NCBI RefSeq assembly: GCF_026210795.1 | Contig: NC_089429.1 | Location: 4,650,001 to 4,714,000 of the forward strand | Source of the DNA: Rhizophagus irregularis | Taxonomy: Eukaryota | Length of the DNA stretch: 64,000 bases | Direction of reading: 5' to 3' | In this document: one piece after another, positions 55,299-63,890 of the stretch | Numbering within the stretch: the stretch's first letter is position 1 | Layout: every line of letters starts with the position of its first letter | Translations under genes and position numbers: made by a program | Notes under the pieces: model-generated | The model's database searches: none | The model's input: only the letters and a program-made list of their open reading frames with translations | Told to the model about the DNA's origin: nothing

Positions 55299-57181
55299 AT
55301 GGCCTATTCAAAAATTGCACGCGCTTTACCTACAAGACCAGATATCAAAGAACTACAGTATTCAGGCGCAAGATTTTCTAGAGGAGCTATTGCCAGACTT
55401 GGACAGCAACTCCAATCCCGGTATCCGACACATAAATTTCAGATTCTGCTCCCCTATGAAAACTGGAAACCCGGTGGATGGACATCAGGAAACCAACCAG
55501 CCAGCCTCTTCTCACTCTTGGACCACTATGATGAAGCACAACTACCAGATGATGCAGATCCTGATTACTTTGAACGATTCATAATTTATGTGAGAGATGC
55601 TCCACCGGTTGCAGGGGGATGCAATGGAGAGCTAAATGATTGCCTGTATGAATGCCTGAAGCATATCTATGGTATATTCTCTAAAATACCCAAGACTATA
55701 AAAAAGCCTGAATATATCAAAAAGGCATTAGGTCTCAATCGTGATGCTCCAGTTCCAGTCTCATATATGGATAAGATTGAACAACTTGCAGGAAGCCTTG
55801 CACTTAATATTGTAGGGGATTCCACTCGAATTTCCAAGAGCAAATCTGACAGACGTGCAACCCTCATCCTATCTGAAGGCCACTACTCTCTTGCACTGAA
55901 TCCCGGAAGACTTCACCCTAGTAAATTAGATAGAAAACAAAAGTCTCCCTTTGTTTATCGTGAAGATGGGGTTAATAATGTAGTAACAATATACAATGGT
56001 AAGACAGTTAAGTCTCTTACAGTTGGACAGTTTCAGAAAGGTAAGAACTCTGATAGTTACTCCTTCATCCCTATCGAGAAGAATTGTAAAACTGGAATAT
56101 ATGAAACACTTGAGGAAACATACCAGAGGATCCATGAAGAGCGGGATTCCTTCCTACAGGCTACAAAGAAGTTCGGTCTAGGAATCGACTTATCTTACCA
56201 CAACTGGTCATACAAGAGAACTGCACTCTGGCTTTTTGAACGGTTTAGTGTAGGGGTTCCAGCCAATGATCCTCTTGACCCAGTCGAAGCAGAGTGGATA
56301 AGTGATGCAATGATGGGAGGTCTTATCTGGGCAGACAATGAATGGAAGGGCTATGGAAGGCAATACGACGTGACAAGTTTGTATCCAAGTATTCAGCAAT
56401 CAAATGCAAACTTTCCAATCCGACAAGGTAAGTTTCAAATACTCAAAGACTTTGTAGACCATAGAGGTTATGCCTTGTATGGATTATTTCGTGCCAGCTC
56501 CCAGAGAGCGCCCCAAAGGGCAAGGTAAGTGGTAATGACATTCTCTTCCGACAGAATAAGAGGGGAGTCTATACATTCATTGACTTACAACGAGCAAAGA
56601 AACTTGGTCTCGATATACAGTTAATCCAGGATGGAAAGCCAAATGCCTTGATATATGACAGAGAAGCAAGAATTCCTGGGACTGTAATATTTGGTGAGTA
56701 TGTCCACTTTCTCTTCAATATAAAGAACCAGGGTGGCGTGGCCGGTCGTGTTGCAAAGAGAGTTCTCAATACACTATGGGGAGCACTCTGCCAGAGGAAA
56801 CGCAATTACAAGACACTCACCACAGATCAAACAGATCCATTCAAGTTTCCAGAAGGCCACACACTTGACTCCATCGTACCAGTAGGATCTGACCAGTGGC
56901 GATTCCAGTTCACAAACCCAGGTAGTCCCTTCAAGGGTGAGTATCCTAGGATCGCTCCATTCTTATTAGCACATGGACGGAAGACGACTTCAGAGTTATT
57001 AGAACCATATAAGGATAAAGTACGACGCATCCATACAGATGGATTTATTCTAGAGGAACAGCCGAGTAGTCCTACACTTATCACTTGTCCAGAAAATGCA
57101 TCCAAAGCATTGAAAGCTCTCAAGTTTGAAACCGCAGGATACTGCCATGTGAAAAATGCAAACAAGGTTATCTGGACATGA
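55299..57181 (+). pseudogene. Family B DNA polymerase, protein-primed type, split by a frameshift
   Basis: Motifs YDVTSLYPS, AKRVLNTLWG and IHTDG; removing 26 nt (56496-56521) gives one ~618-aa frame. Confidence 0.85.
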
Positions 57182-57294
57182 TTGCCAAGAATGCGGTTGG
57201 ATTTACAGTAGGTATATATATTTTTTCTTGCTTGAATGTAAAGTCAATTTGAAGATTCCTATTTATTACAAAGTACAAAAAAGTATAAGGAATC

Positions 57295-57765
57295 ATGTCA
57301 ACATATACCGAATTAGCAAGCATTATTAACAGCACTGACAGCATTAGTGATAAAGTTATTTATGATGCATCACACAATCAGTTCACCATTGTCTCTGATG
57401 AAACTGTCCTTAAGATTATCCGTGCATTGAAAGACACTATAGTAGTCGCATTAGTATCTGGGTTTAGCAAAACCAGCTACCTTGTCCAGGATCATGTGAA
57501 GTATATCAAGCGAATCCAGACGGCAAATTCTCCTGTATCATATGTGAAGTTCGTGGCCAGAAAACTCTTCCCAGATAATGCAGCATATACTGCTAAGATA
57601 GCAAAGATTCGTGAATCATACAAGAATAAACAAGCTCTTTTAGACAAACTTGAGGCCCTCTTCGAGTTGTATTATAATGTAACTAAGGACTCATTAACAG
57701 GTTCCCCAAAGCGAGCTGTCACTATGAATGAGGCTGAGAAAACCTTAGCAGAACTTCTTGCATAA
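57295..57765 (+). CDS. Hypothetical protein (156 aa)
   Basis: ATG ORF in the gene-dense element with the shared upstream motif. Confidence 0.7.
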   Translation: MSTYTELASIINSTDSISDKVIYDASHNQFTIVSDETVLKIIRALKDTIVVALVSGFSKTSYLVQDHVKYIKRIQTANSPVSYVKFVARKLFPDNAAYTAKIAKIRESYKNKQALLDKLEALFELYYNVTKDSLTGSPKRAVTMNEAEKTLAELLA

Positions 57766-57858
57766 GTGGCTCCTGTATGAATTTAGTTTATATTTATTAT
57801 CCATTTGTAATGGGCATACAGTAATTGAAGATGGCTATAGTATAAGTAACATAACATC

Positions 57859-58275
57859 ATGTTGGACCGATTACCAGTAGAAATAGTCGAACGCATTGTT
57901 GCAAAGATCCCAGATACTGACCTTATTGCAGCGAGTAAAGTAGATAGTGTGTGGTGGCAGGAGGTTCGTCAAGAAGCATATAAGAGATGGAAAAATTATG
58001 CTACTACAATTGGGCATGTCCAAGCTCTTGGAAAGCCGTTTGAAAAAAGGAATATTGACTGGATATCATTTGAAGATGTAAACGACTTCTATAAAAGATG
58101 GATAGACCGCCTCACCGAGGATCAGCTTTATATTATGGAGAAAATGCTTAGGAATGGGATGGTCGTGGACCCCCAAGAGAGGGAAACCATAGAGCATGCA
58201 TTAAGTGAACAAAGATGGGGAGGCGACCCTTGGGGACTGAACTGGGAGTGGAACGAATGGACTCAACAGGAGTAG
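57859..58275 (+). CDS. F-box protein
   Basis: N-terminal LDRLPVEIVERIVAKIPDTDLIAASKVDSVWW fits the F-box consensus. Confidence 0.75.
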   Translation: MLDRLPVEIVERIVAKIPDTDLIAASKVDSVWWQEVRQEAYKRWKNYATTIGHVQALGKPFEKRNIDWISFEDVNDFYKRWIDRLTEDQLYIMEKMLRNGMVVDPQERETIEHALSEQRWGGDPWGLNWEWNEWTQQE

Positions 58276-58276
58276 C

Positions 58277-58435
58277 TTATTTATCGGGTATCCTCATATT
58301 TCTCGACAAGGACTGATGACCATGTAACCTTATCATCAGGTATCCTTGCATTTTTTCGACAAGGATTGATGACCATGTAACTTTATCATCAGGTATCCTT
58401 GCATTTTTTTCGACAAGGACTGATGACCATGTCAC
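58277..58435. repeat. Three tandem ~52-bp units forming alternating hairpins
   Basis: TATCATCAGGTATCCTTGCATTTTTTCGACAAGGA(C/T)TGATGACCATGTAAC repeated. Confidence 0.85.
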
Positions 58436-58493
58436 TTGGTTATTGTAAATTGAAGAAAACTATTAGGTATGTAGACACATACAGAAAAAAGAC

Positions 58494-59075
58494 ATGTCTT
58501 ACCCTTATATAGCTAACCCTATAACTGGACGTCCAATTATTATCGGTGGAGATACCTTTAATCGAATAGTTATGGAATCCCATGATTATATTGATGGAAG
58601 GCTTGTCCGTAGACAAACTGCACCTCCACCTGAAGAGCAACCTGTATATTTAAATACAGATACAGGACGTTATGTTCGACGTGGTACTAGAACATATCAT
58701 AGACTGATTGAGAGTGACTATGAGGTAGTTGAGGATTACTACCTTGTCCATTATGAAGAAGAGGCGCTTATAGAGGAAATCATCAATGAAACACGCTATA
58801 ATGAGGAAAATCTTGATGGGCAGCGGTTAACTTTCAATGATATACAACAAATCAGGGCCGCTATTCAGGCTGACCAAGATGAATATGATGATTTTATCTT
58901 ACAGCAGGATACGACTAACGGGACACCTTCCTCCGGTCCTTCCGGTCGTCCACGAACTTTGGAGGACCATACCCCGAGACTTGCAGAGCTTAATATTGAG
59001 TTGTGTAGGGAATGTCTCATGCCTGTAAGCCCAAGTGACTTAACGGACAAGTTGTGCAAGGACTGCTCTGAATAG
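58494..59075 (+). CDS. Protein with two NPxTGR-type motifs (2-cysteine-adaptor-like) and C-terminal CxxC...CxxC
   Basis: NPITGRPIIIGGDTFNRI and NTDTGRYVRRGTRTYHRL; CREC...CKDC. Confidence 0.65.
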   Translation: MSYPYIANPITGRPIIIGGDTFNRIVMESHDYIDGRLVRRQTAPPPEEQPVYLNTDTGRYVRRGTRTYHRLIESDYEVVEDYYLVHYEEEALIEEIINETRYNEENLDGQRLTFNDIQQIRAAIQADQDEYDDFILQQDTTNGTPSSGPSGRPRTLEDHTPRLAELNIELCRECLMPVSPSDLTDKLCKDCSE

Positions 59076-59120
59076 TTACTTAATTTTGAATAATTCTTTT
59101 TTACATAAAGAAAGATAGCC

Positions 59121-59681
59121 ATGTCAACATCAATCGTAATAAACCAGTACCAAAACTGTGGAGTAATCACTCCAAAAACAGCACATAGAGGATTATCCAG
59201 TGTATTATACAGACAGATTATAAAGAAGATTAGTGATGAGAATGACCCTCTACAAGCCTTGGGACTTGCTAGGGATAAGTTAGTTCAGATCATTCGTCGG
59301 GCAAGTAATGTGGACTTTACACAATTGTTTACACAAAGACTGGATATGAAAATTATAGATGGAGAGCCATATGAAGATATTAGGAAGTGGCTTCTCGAAC
59401 AGCTTATAGCCATAGGTTGTGATAGTGGAGAAATTGCCTTATATCAATTTCTAAGGGGTACATATCCAGATGGTATCGACGAGCCTTTCAATACATTCTA
59501 TAAGAACTATGTAAATCATATAAGTAATTCAATGACTAAGAACTTTGCTTCTCGTGCCTTAGGAGCAATAGGGTTGAAGGCTAAGATGTTAAGGATTGAC
59601 TTTGAAGGCCGTAAAAAAAGTGCTATGATTCTTAGAGCTTCTGCAAACGAATTACTTGATATTCTCACAAGATACTATTAA
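59121..59681 (+). CDS. Hypothetical protein, possible C-terminal winged-helix DNA-binding region
   Basis: 186-aa ATG ORF; FNTFYKNYVN...TKNFASRALGAIG resembles D5 C-terminal helices (weak). Overlaps the ATPase stop by 17 nt. Confidence 0.6.
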   Translation: MSTSIVINQYQNCGVITPKTAHRGLSSVLYRQIIKKISDENDPLQALGLARDKLVQIIRRASNVDFTQLFTQRLDMKIIDGEPYEDIRKWLLEQLIAIGCDSGEIALYQFLRGTYPDGIDEPFNTFYKNYVNHISNSMTKNFASRALGAIGLKAKMLRIDFEGRKKSAMILRASANELLDILTRYY

Positions 59682-60888
59682 TCCCTACTTGTAATGCTCG
59701 ACGGTCCATGTGGCTCTTAGAAAAGATCTGTAGAAGGACTTCAATACCTTCTATTATTTTTTTATTATCCAGAGGGCGACTAGACTTCAGGGCTTCATAT
59801 CGGGAGAATAACTCCTTCACATTCTCAGTTTTCAGAGTTTCAGTCTTTGCAGTCCTACCCTGTACTTTTGCTAAGAAATCCTGAAAGTCAGCTCCTAGGG
59901 TCTTACCAGAAAGTCCATAAGCTTCCCGAAAGACAAATTTAATCCAGGTATCTGTATTCTTGGCTAAGACACCAGGTACAAGTAAATGTTGACGCTCTTT
60001 AGGGGATGGAAATACCCGAGCAAATTCAATCAAGTGTCCACCTTTTTTTGCTTCAAATACAGCTTTCTGACCATAGGGACTAAACTTGGATTGAACTGTG
60101 ATTGAACTGGGTTCAGACTGAGATCGAACTGGGTTCAAACTTGGATCAAACTGAGATTGAACTGAGATCGAACTAGGATTGAACTGAGATTGCTCTGTGA
60201 TCGAACTGAGACTAGTATCCCATCTTACTCGAATGGACAGTGGATCACTTTTGGACCGTCTAAGATCAAACACTACAAATTCACGTTGCAGAGTAAGATC
60301 ATCAATTACTGGTGCTAATGACTCTGATTCTTCTGTATATTGGCGGATGATTCTCTTGGTATCTGTAAGGCTCCCATGACCTCCATGCAGTGAGATGTAG
60401 TTAACATTTTCTCGAATAGCCTTAGGAATGGCAAAGAATCTTTGGGCTACATAAATACATGAAATATTTTTGTGTCGTCCATGTGTAAAGTAACCAGTGA
60501 TGAGATCCTGGATTTTTTTAGGTGCATCCATCAGATCCTCAAAGATTACCACAGTAGCTTGAGTAGGGTCGAAGGAGTCAATCTCTGGAATCTCACTATG
60601 GGTTACTGCAGTGAATGGGATCTTCTCCTCTTCGAAAAAATCATGTACAACTGCCCACTTTGGCTCGTCAAGATATCTGCCAACTAAAAGTACTGCATCA
60701 CATAGTACATACCGATTACCATCCTCCTTTGCCTTCTTGTCACCCATTAACAAGTTAATAATCATAGTTGTCTTACCTGAGTCTGAGCTACCTGCTACGG
60801 CTAATCGAAAGGGCCATGATGGAGCAAACTCATTGCCTTGTCTTGAGTCGGTCGTGTACTCATCCAAATTGTATACATAAAGATCCAT
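59665..60888 (-). CDS. A32-like (FtsK/HerA superfamily) genome-packaging ATPase
   Basis: Walker A GSSDSGKT, Walker B VIFED and THGRHKNISCIYVAQRFFAIPKAIREN (GRH and sensor Q), as in Polinton/NCLDV packaging ATPases. Confidence 0.9.
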   Translation of the reverse strand: MDLYVYNLDEYTTDSRQGNEFAPSWPFRLAVAGSSDSGKTTMIINLLMGDKKAKEDGNRYVLCDAVLLVGRYLDEPKWAVVHDFFEEEKIPFTAVTHSEIPEIDSFDPTQATVVIFEDLMDAPKKIQDLITGYFTHGRHKNISCIYVAQRFFAIPKAIRENVNYISLHGGHGSLTDTKRIIRQYTEESESLAPVIDDLTLQREFVVFDLRRSKSDPLSIRVRWDTSLSSITEQSQFNPSSISVQSQFDPSLNPVRSQSEPSSITVQSKFSPYGQKAVFEAKKGGHLIEFARVFPSPKERQHLLVPGVLAKNTDTWIKFVFREAYGLSGKTLGADFQDFLAKVQGRTAKTETLKTENVKELFSRYEALKSSRPLDNKKIIEGIEVLLQIFSKSHMDRRALQVGINSIL

Positions 60889-60919
60889 TTGAATTTTATT
60901 CTAACTTAGTTTAAATACT

Positions 60920-61717
60920 ATGTCGACATCAACACCAATTCCAGTTTATACTCCTTCAGAACCTACTGGACCGCCTCCTGCACACTTGGCTAATGAAGAA
61001 GACGATGATGAATTAGTTAGAATACTAAAGGCTCATGCAAATTTATTGACTACCAGGGGTCGTTTAACTGTTGATTCAGAGATACAGGAGGCAAATAATC
61101 AAATCAAACATATTATTAATATATTAATGTATCGCTGTAAAGCAAAACATGAAGAACTTGGTATTACAAAAGATTTGTTAGTTTTTGCACAAGGTAAGAT
61201 AAATGCATTTGATGAAACGTTTACTAATTTAGAACGTCAATTAGTTATTATACGTGCTGCCAATGATAATTTCATAGAAGAAAACCATAACCTGCAAAGA
61301 GATTATGATACTATGGTAGAGCTTCGTCGACGGGCTATAGGTGAACGTAATCAGGCACGACATGAACGTAATGTATTACAAGCAGATTATACTCAAGCAG
61401 TAATGGATCGTAATGAGGCTCAAAATGCTGTGAATCGTGGTAATATCCTTCTAAATCATTGGCGGCTGAGGGCTACTCGGACTGGAGGACAACTTGTATT
61501 AGTTAATGCGCAACTTGGACAGGTTAATGTACAGCTAGCACATGCTAATAATAGGGTGCGTTTTGGGATTCAGACATTAGGGAGACTTAGAAATAGACTT
61601 TTCCAACAGATAGCTGCTCTTAGAATTCAGGTACAATGGTTTCGAATTAGACAATTGAACCCTCTTCCACCTCTTTTAAACAATCCACTAGAGACGATAT
61701 GGCTACCACTGCAATAG
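60920..61717 (+). CDS. Coiled-coil protein upstream of, and overlapping, the Gag-like ORF
   Basis: 265 aa with heptad-like ERNQA/ERNVL/DRNEA repeats. Confidence 0.75.
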   Translation: MSTSTPIPVYTPSEPTGPPPAHLANEEDDDELVRILKAHANLLTTRGRLTVDSEIQEANNQIKHIINILMYRCKAKHEELGITKDLLVFAQGKINAFDETFTNLERQLVIIRAANDNFIEENHNLQRDYDTMVELRRRAIGERNQARHERNVLQADYTQAVMDRNEAQNAVNRGNILLNHWRLRATRTGGQLVLVNAQLGQVNVQLAHANNRVRFGIQTLGRLRNRLFQQIAALRIQVQWFRIRQLNPLPPLLNNPLETIWLPLQ

Positions 61718-63153
61718 GATTGCCAATTTTTGAGGGTAAAGCTACTGATGATATTGATACATTTGTTAGGCTTTATATGGGTTATCTTGATACTATTAAT
61801 CTTAACCCGTATGCTGCTGGAGGGCCACCAGAGTCTTGGAAAAGAGCTATGGGTATACTTAGAAGCTGCATGGCCGGTGAAGCGGCTGAATGGTTTGATC
61901 GAGAAATTACAGGAAAAAATTGGGAACTTTCTAGTATTAATTCAGCTGGTGGAGCTAATTTAGCTGCTTTTGTAGCATTAGTAATACCAGAAGGTGCAGG
62001 AGGACCAAATGCAGGTACCTATGTAAATGGGTCTGAAGCACAAATCTATTCAAGAGATATAAATAATGCATTAGCAACTATTAGAGCAACATTTATTCCT
62101 ACCCATGATTTAATAGGTGGAGATAAAGCTTGGGGAAGAGCTGGTGCTCGTCCGACAGATAGAGTTGCTCCAGCTACTGCAGATGCTGGTGTTGCTGCTG
62201 CTAATAATCATCCTATAGTTTTTCCAGGTATTAAACCTAACCAGGCGCTTTATTGGCTTAGAACACAATTTCCAACTATTTTAGATGAAAAGAAACGTAT
62301 CCGTTTTAACAGTCTTTATCAGGAAAATGAGCCAGTTGATGCATTTTATAGAACTGTAAAGAGGGCTGGAAAATTACTAAAACTAACTGATGATCTTATT
62401 ATCGACCAGTTCTTTAGAGGTCTTTCGGCTGATAATATTTTTGAAGCAGAAAGGTTTAGTAATCTTAATCCTGATGACTTGGTTAAACATCTGAGAAATT
62501 TAGAACGAAGAAGGGCTGAAATGCGCTTGGGGTTACAAGATAGAAATCGACGACTTCAAGCAGATTACAGTGATGTAACTCAACCTCCGTTAGGAAAACA
62601 GGAACCTGTCGTACTGACATCAAAGTCATCTGGGGTTACTCAAGAACAATTACAAAAGTTACTTAAGGCTCAAGCTGAGGAACTTACCAAGAATTTTCAG
62701 GTGCAATTTAAACAATTACAAGCTCGGCCAGTTCGTAATCCACCAGTCTATAGACAGCAGATTAAACCTGTTCGACCAAAACCACAGAGACGTGTTGTTC
62801 AGGATCCTCAGGATCCTGATTGGGATGATGGTTATGTAGATCATGATGTTGGTGATGACCCTGATGCTCCTGAGTGGACTTTGGATGATCATCAAAATGC
62901 TATTGATCTTATTATGGGATATAAACGTGGGACGTCTAAAATACTTACAAAACAACTTCAGAAGGCTAAAGATAAACGTGATGATCTGGATTTGGCCCGA
63001 GCAATGAGAAACCTCGATCTTAATGATGATACTATGGACATTGATACTGCGAGTTTTGGTGAAAAGGTAGAATTGAGAGAAAAAGATGGTGATGTCTATA
63101 TGGTTCGTGTTGGGTCAAAAAAAAGTAGGTTCGAGTATCTCAAAACTTCTTAA
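61699..63153 (+). CDS. Retrotransposon (Ty3/gypsy-type) Gag/capsid-like protein
   Basis: LPIFEG...IDTF, MAGEAAEWF, major-homology-region-like LYQENEPVDAFY and DQFFRGL in the canonical order; no CCHC knuckle. Confidence 0.72.
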   Translation: MATTAIGLPIFEGKATDDIDTFVRLYMGYLDTINLNPYAAGGPPESWKRAMGILRSCMAGEAAEWFDREITGKNWELSSINSAGGANLAAFVALVIPEGAGGPNAGTYVNGSEAQIYSRDINNALATIRATFIPTHDLIGGDKAWGRAGARPTDRVAPATADAGVAAANNHPIVFPGIKPNQALYWLRTQFPTILDEKKRIRFNSLYQENEPVDAFYRTVKRAGKLLKLTDDLIIDQFFRGLSADNIFEAERFSNLNPDDLVKHLRNLERRRAEMRLGLQDRNRRLQADYSDVTQPPLGKQEPVVLTSKSSGVTQEQLQKLLKAQAEELTKNFQVQFKQLQARPVRNPPVYRQQIKPVRPKPQRRVVQDPQDPDWDDGYVDHDVGDDPDAPEWTLDDHQNAIDLIMGYKRGTSKILTKQLQKAKDKRDDLDLARAMRNLDLNDDTMDIDTASFGEKVELREKDGDVYMVRVGSKKSRFEYLKTS

Positions 63154-63865
63154 GTCGTCCCCAAATAAGACAGCAGTTAGCTCTTCTAGTGTGCCATTGA
63201 AAGGCAAAGCAACCCCTGTTAAGATTCCTGTGAAAGTTACTGGTAGTAAGTTTACACCTGCAAAAGCTGTTACTAAGAATGACTTATTAAGCCTGTTAAG
63301 GTCTGCAGACTTTAGGAAATTACTCCGTGAGATTCTTCAGGAGGAGTTATTGTCTGCTAGAAAAGTCACAGAGATTCCGGAGGACCTAGTTGAGGAGGAA
63401 CAAGAAGAGGATATCAGGGTAGATGATCCTATGGATATTGACATAGCTCGTTTAGAGAATACTAAAGATCTTTTAGCACTGGATGGGGAGGTTAATGGGA
63501 TAGCAATTCAGTGTTTAGCAGACACTTGTGCTAATGCGTCTTTTATTCAGAGAGAAGCTGCTGAGGAATTAGGGTTGGATATTGACAAGAGTATTACATA
63601 TAACATATCTGGTGCTTCAGGAACAGGTAGGACATTCGGCATGGTAAAGGGAGTGACAATCAAACTTACCCCTGATTATGCTATCACTGAGGACCTTGCA
63701 GTCTTAAGTGGTTACAAGCATAGGGAAATTGGGTTAAGCCGAACGTGTCTGAAACGTTACAATTATGATGTCCATGAATCACGTGAACATATAGCCTTTA
63801 CCTGTGATGGGAAGAATGTTTTTATCCCGATAGTTCCTGATGCTAATCGAGGGGATAAAAAATAA
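63086..63865 (+). CDS. Retropepsin-like aspartic protease, in the +1 frame relative to Gag
   Basis: GEVNGIAIQCLADTCANASFI (DTG-like DTC), flap ISGASG and IGLSRTCL (ILGxD-like). True start uncertain. Confidence 0.8.
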   Translation: MVMSIWFVLGQKKVGSSISKLLKSSPNKTAVSSSSVPLKGKATPVKIPVKVTGSKFTPAKAVTKNDLLSLLRSADFRKLLREILQEELLSARKVTEIPEDLVEEEQEEDIRVDDPMDIDIARLENTKDLLALDGEVNGIAIQCLADTCANASFIQREAAEELGLDIDKSITYNISGASGTGRTFGMVKGVTIKLTPDYAITEDLAVLSGYKHREIGLSRTCLKRYNYDVHESREHIAFTCDGKNVFIPIVPDANRGDKK

Positions 63866-63890
63866 GACCCTTTAATTCTTCTATTTTTTT

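Larger units (their letters stand above)
52080..61659 (+). promoter_or_regulatory. Recurrent WWTTGAA motif upstream of nine plus-strand ORFs of the element (putative element-specific promoter)
   Basis: Copies start at 52080, 52736, 55271, 57247, 57823, 58448, 59084, 60887 and 61653, each ending 21-44 nt before an ATG. Confidence 0.6.

Noticed and set aside
58300..58435. Hammerhead ribozyme suggested by CTGATGA
   Set aside because: No GAAA core partner; CTGATGA simply pairs with TCATCAG.
33055..62955. Many short antisense or alternate-frame ORFs overlapping BTB, MULE and Polinton genes
   Set aside because: Shadows of longer motif-bearing ORFs with no independent evidence.
60920..63865. Ordinary nested LTR retrotransposon
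   Set aside because: No LTR or TSD visible on either side, no RT after the protease, and the genes share the element's upstream motif. Not fully excluded without other copies.
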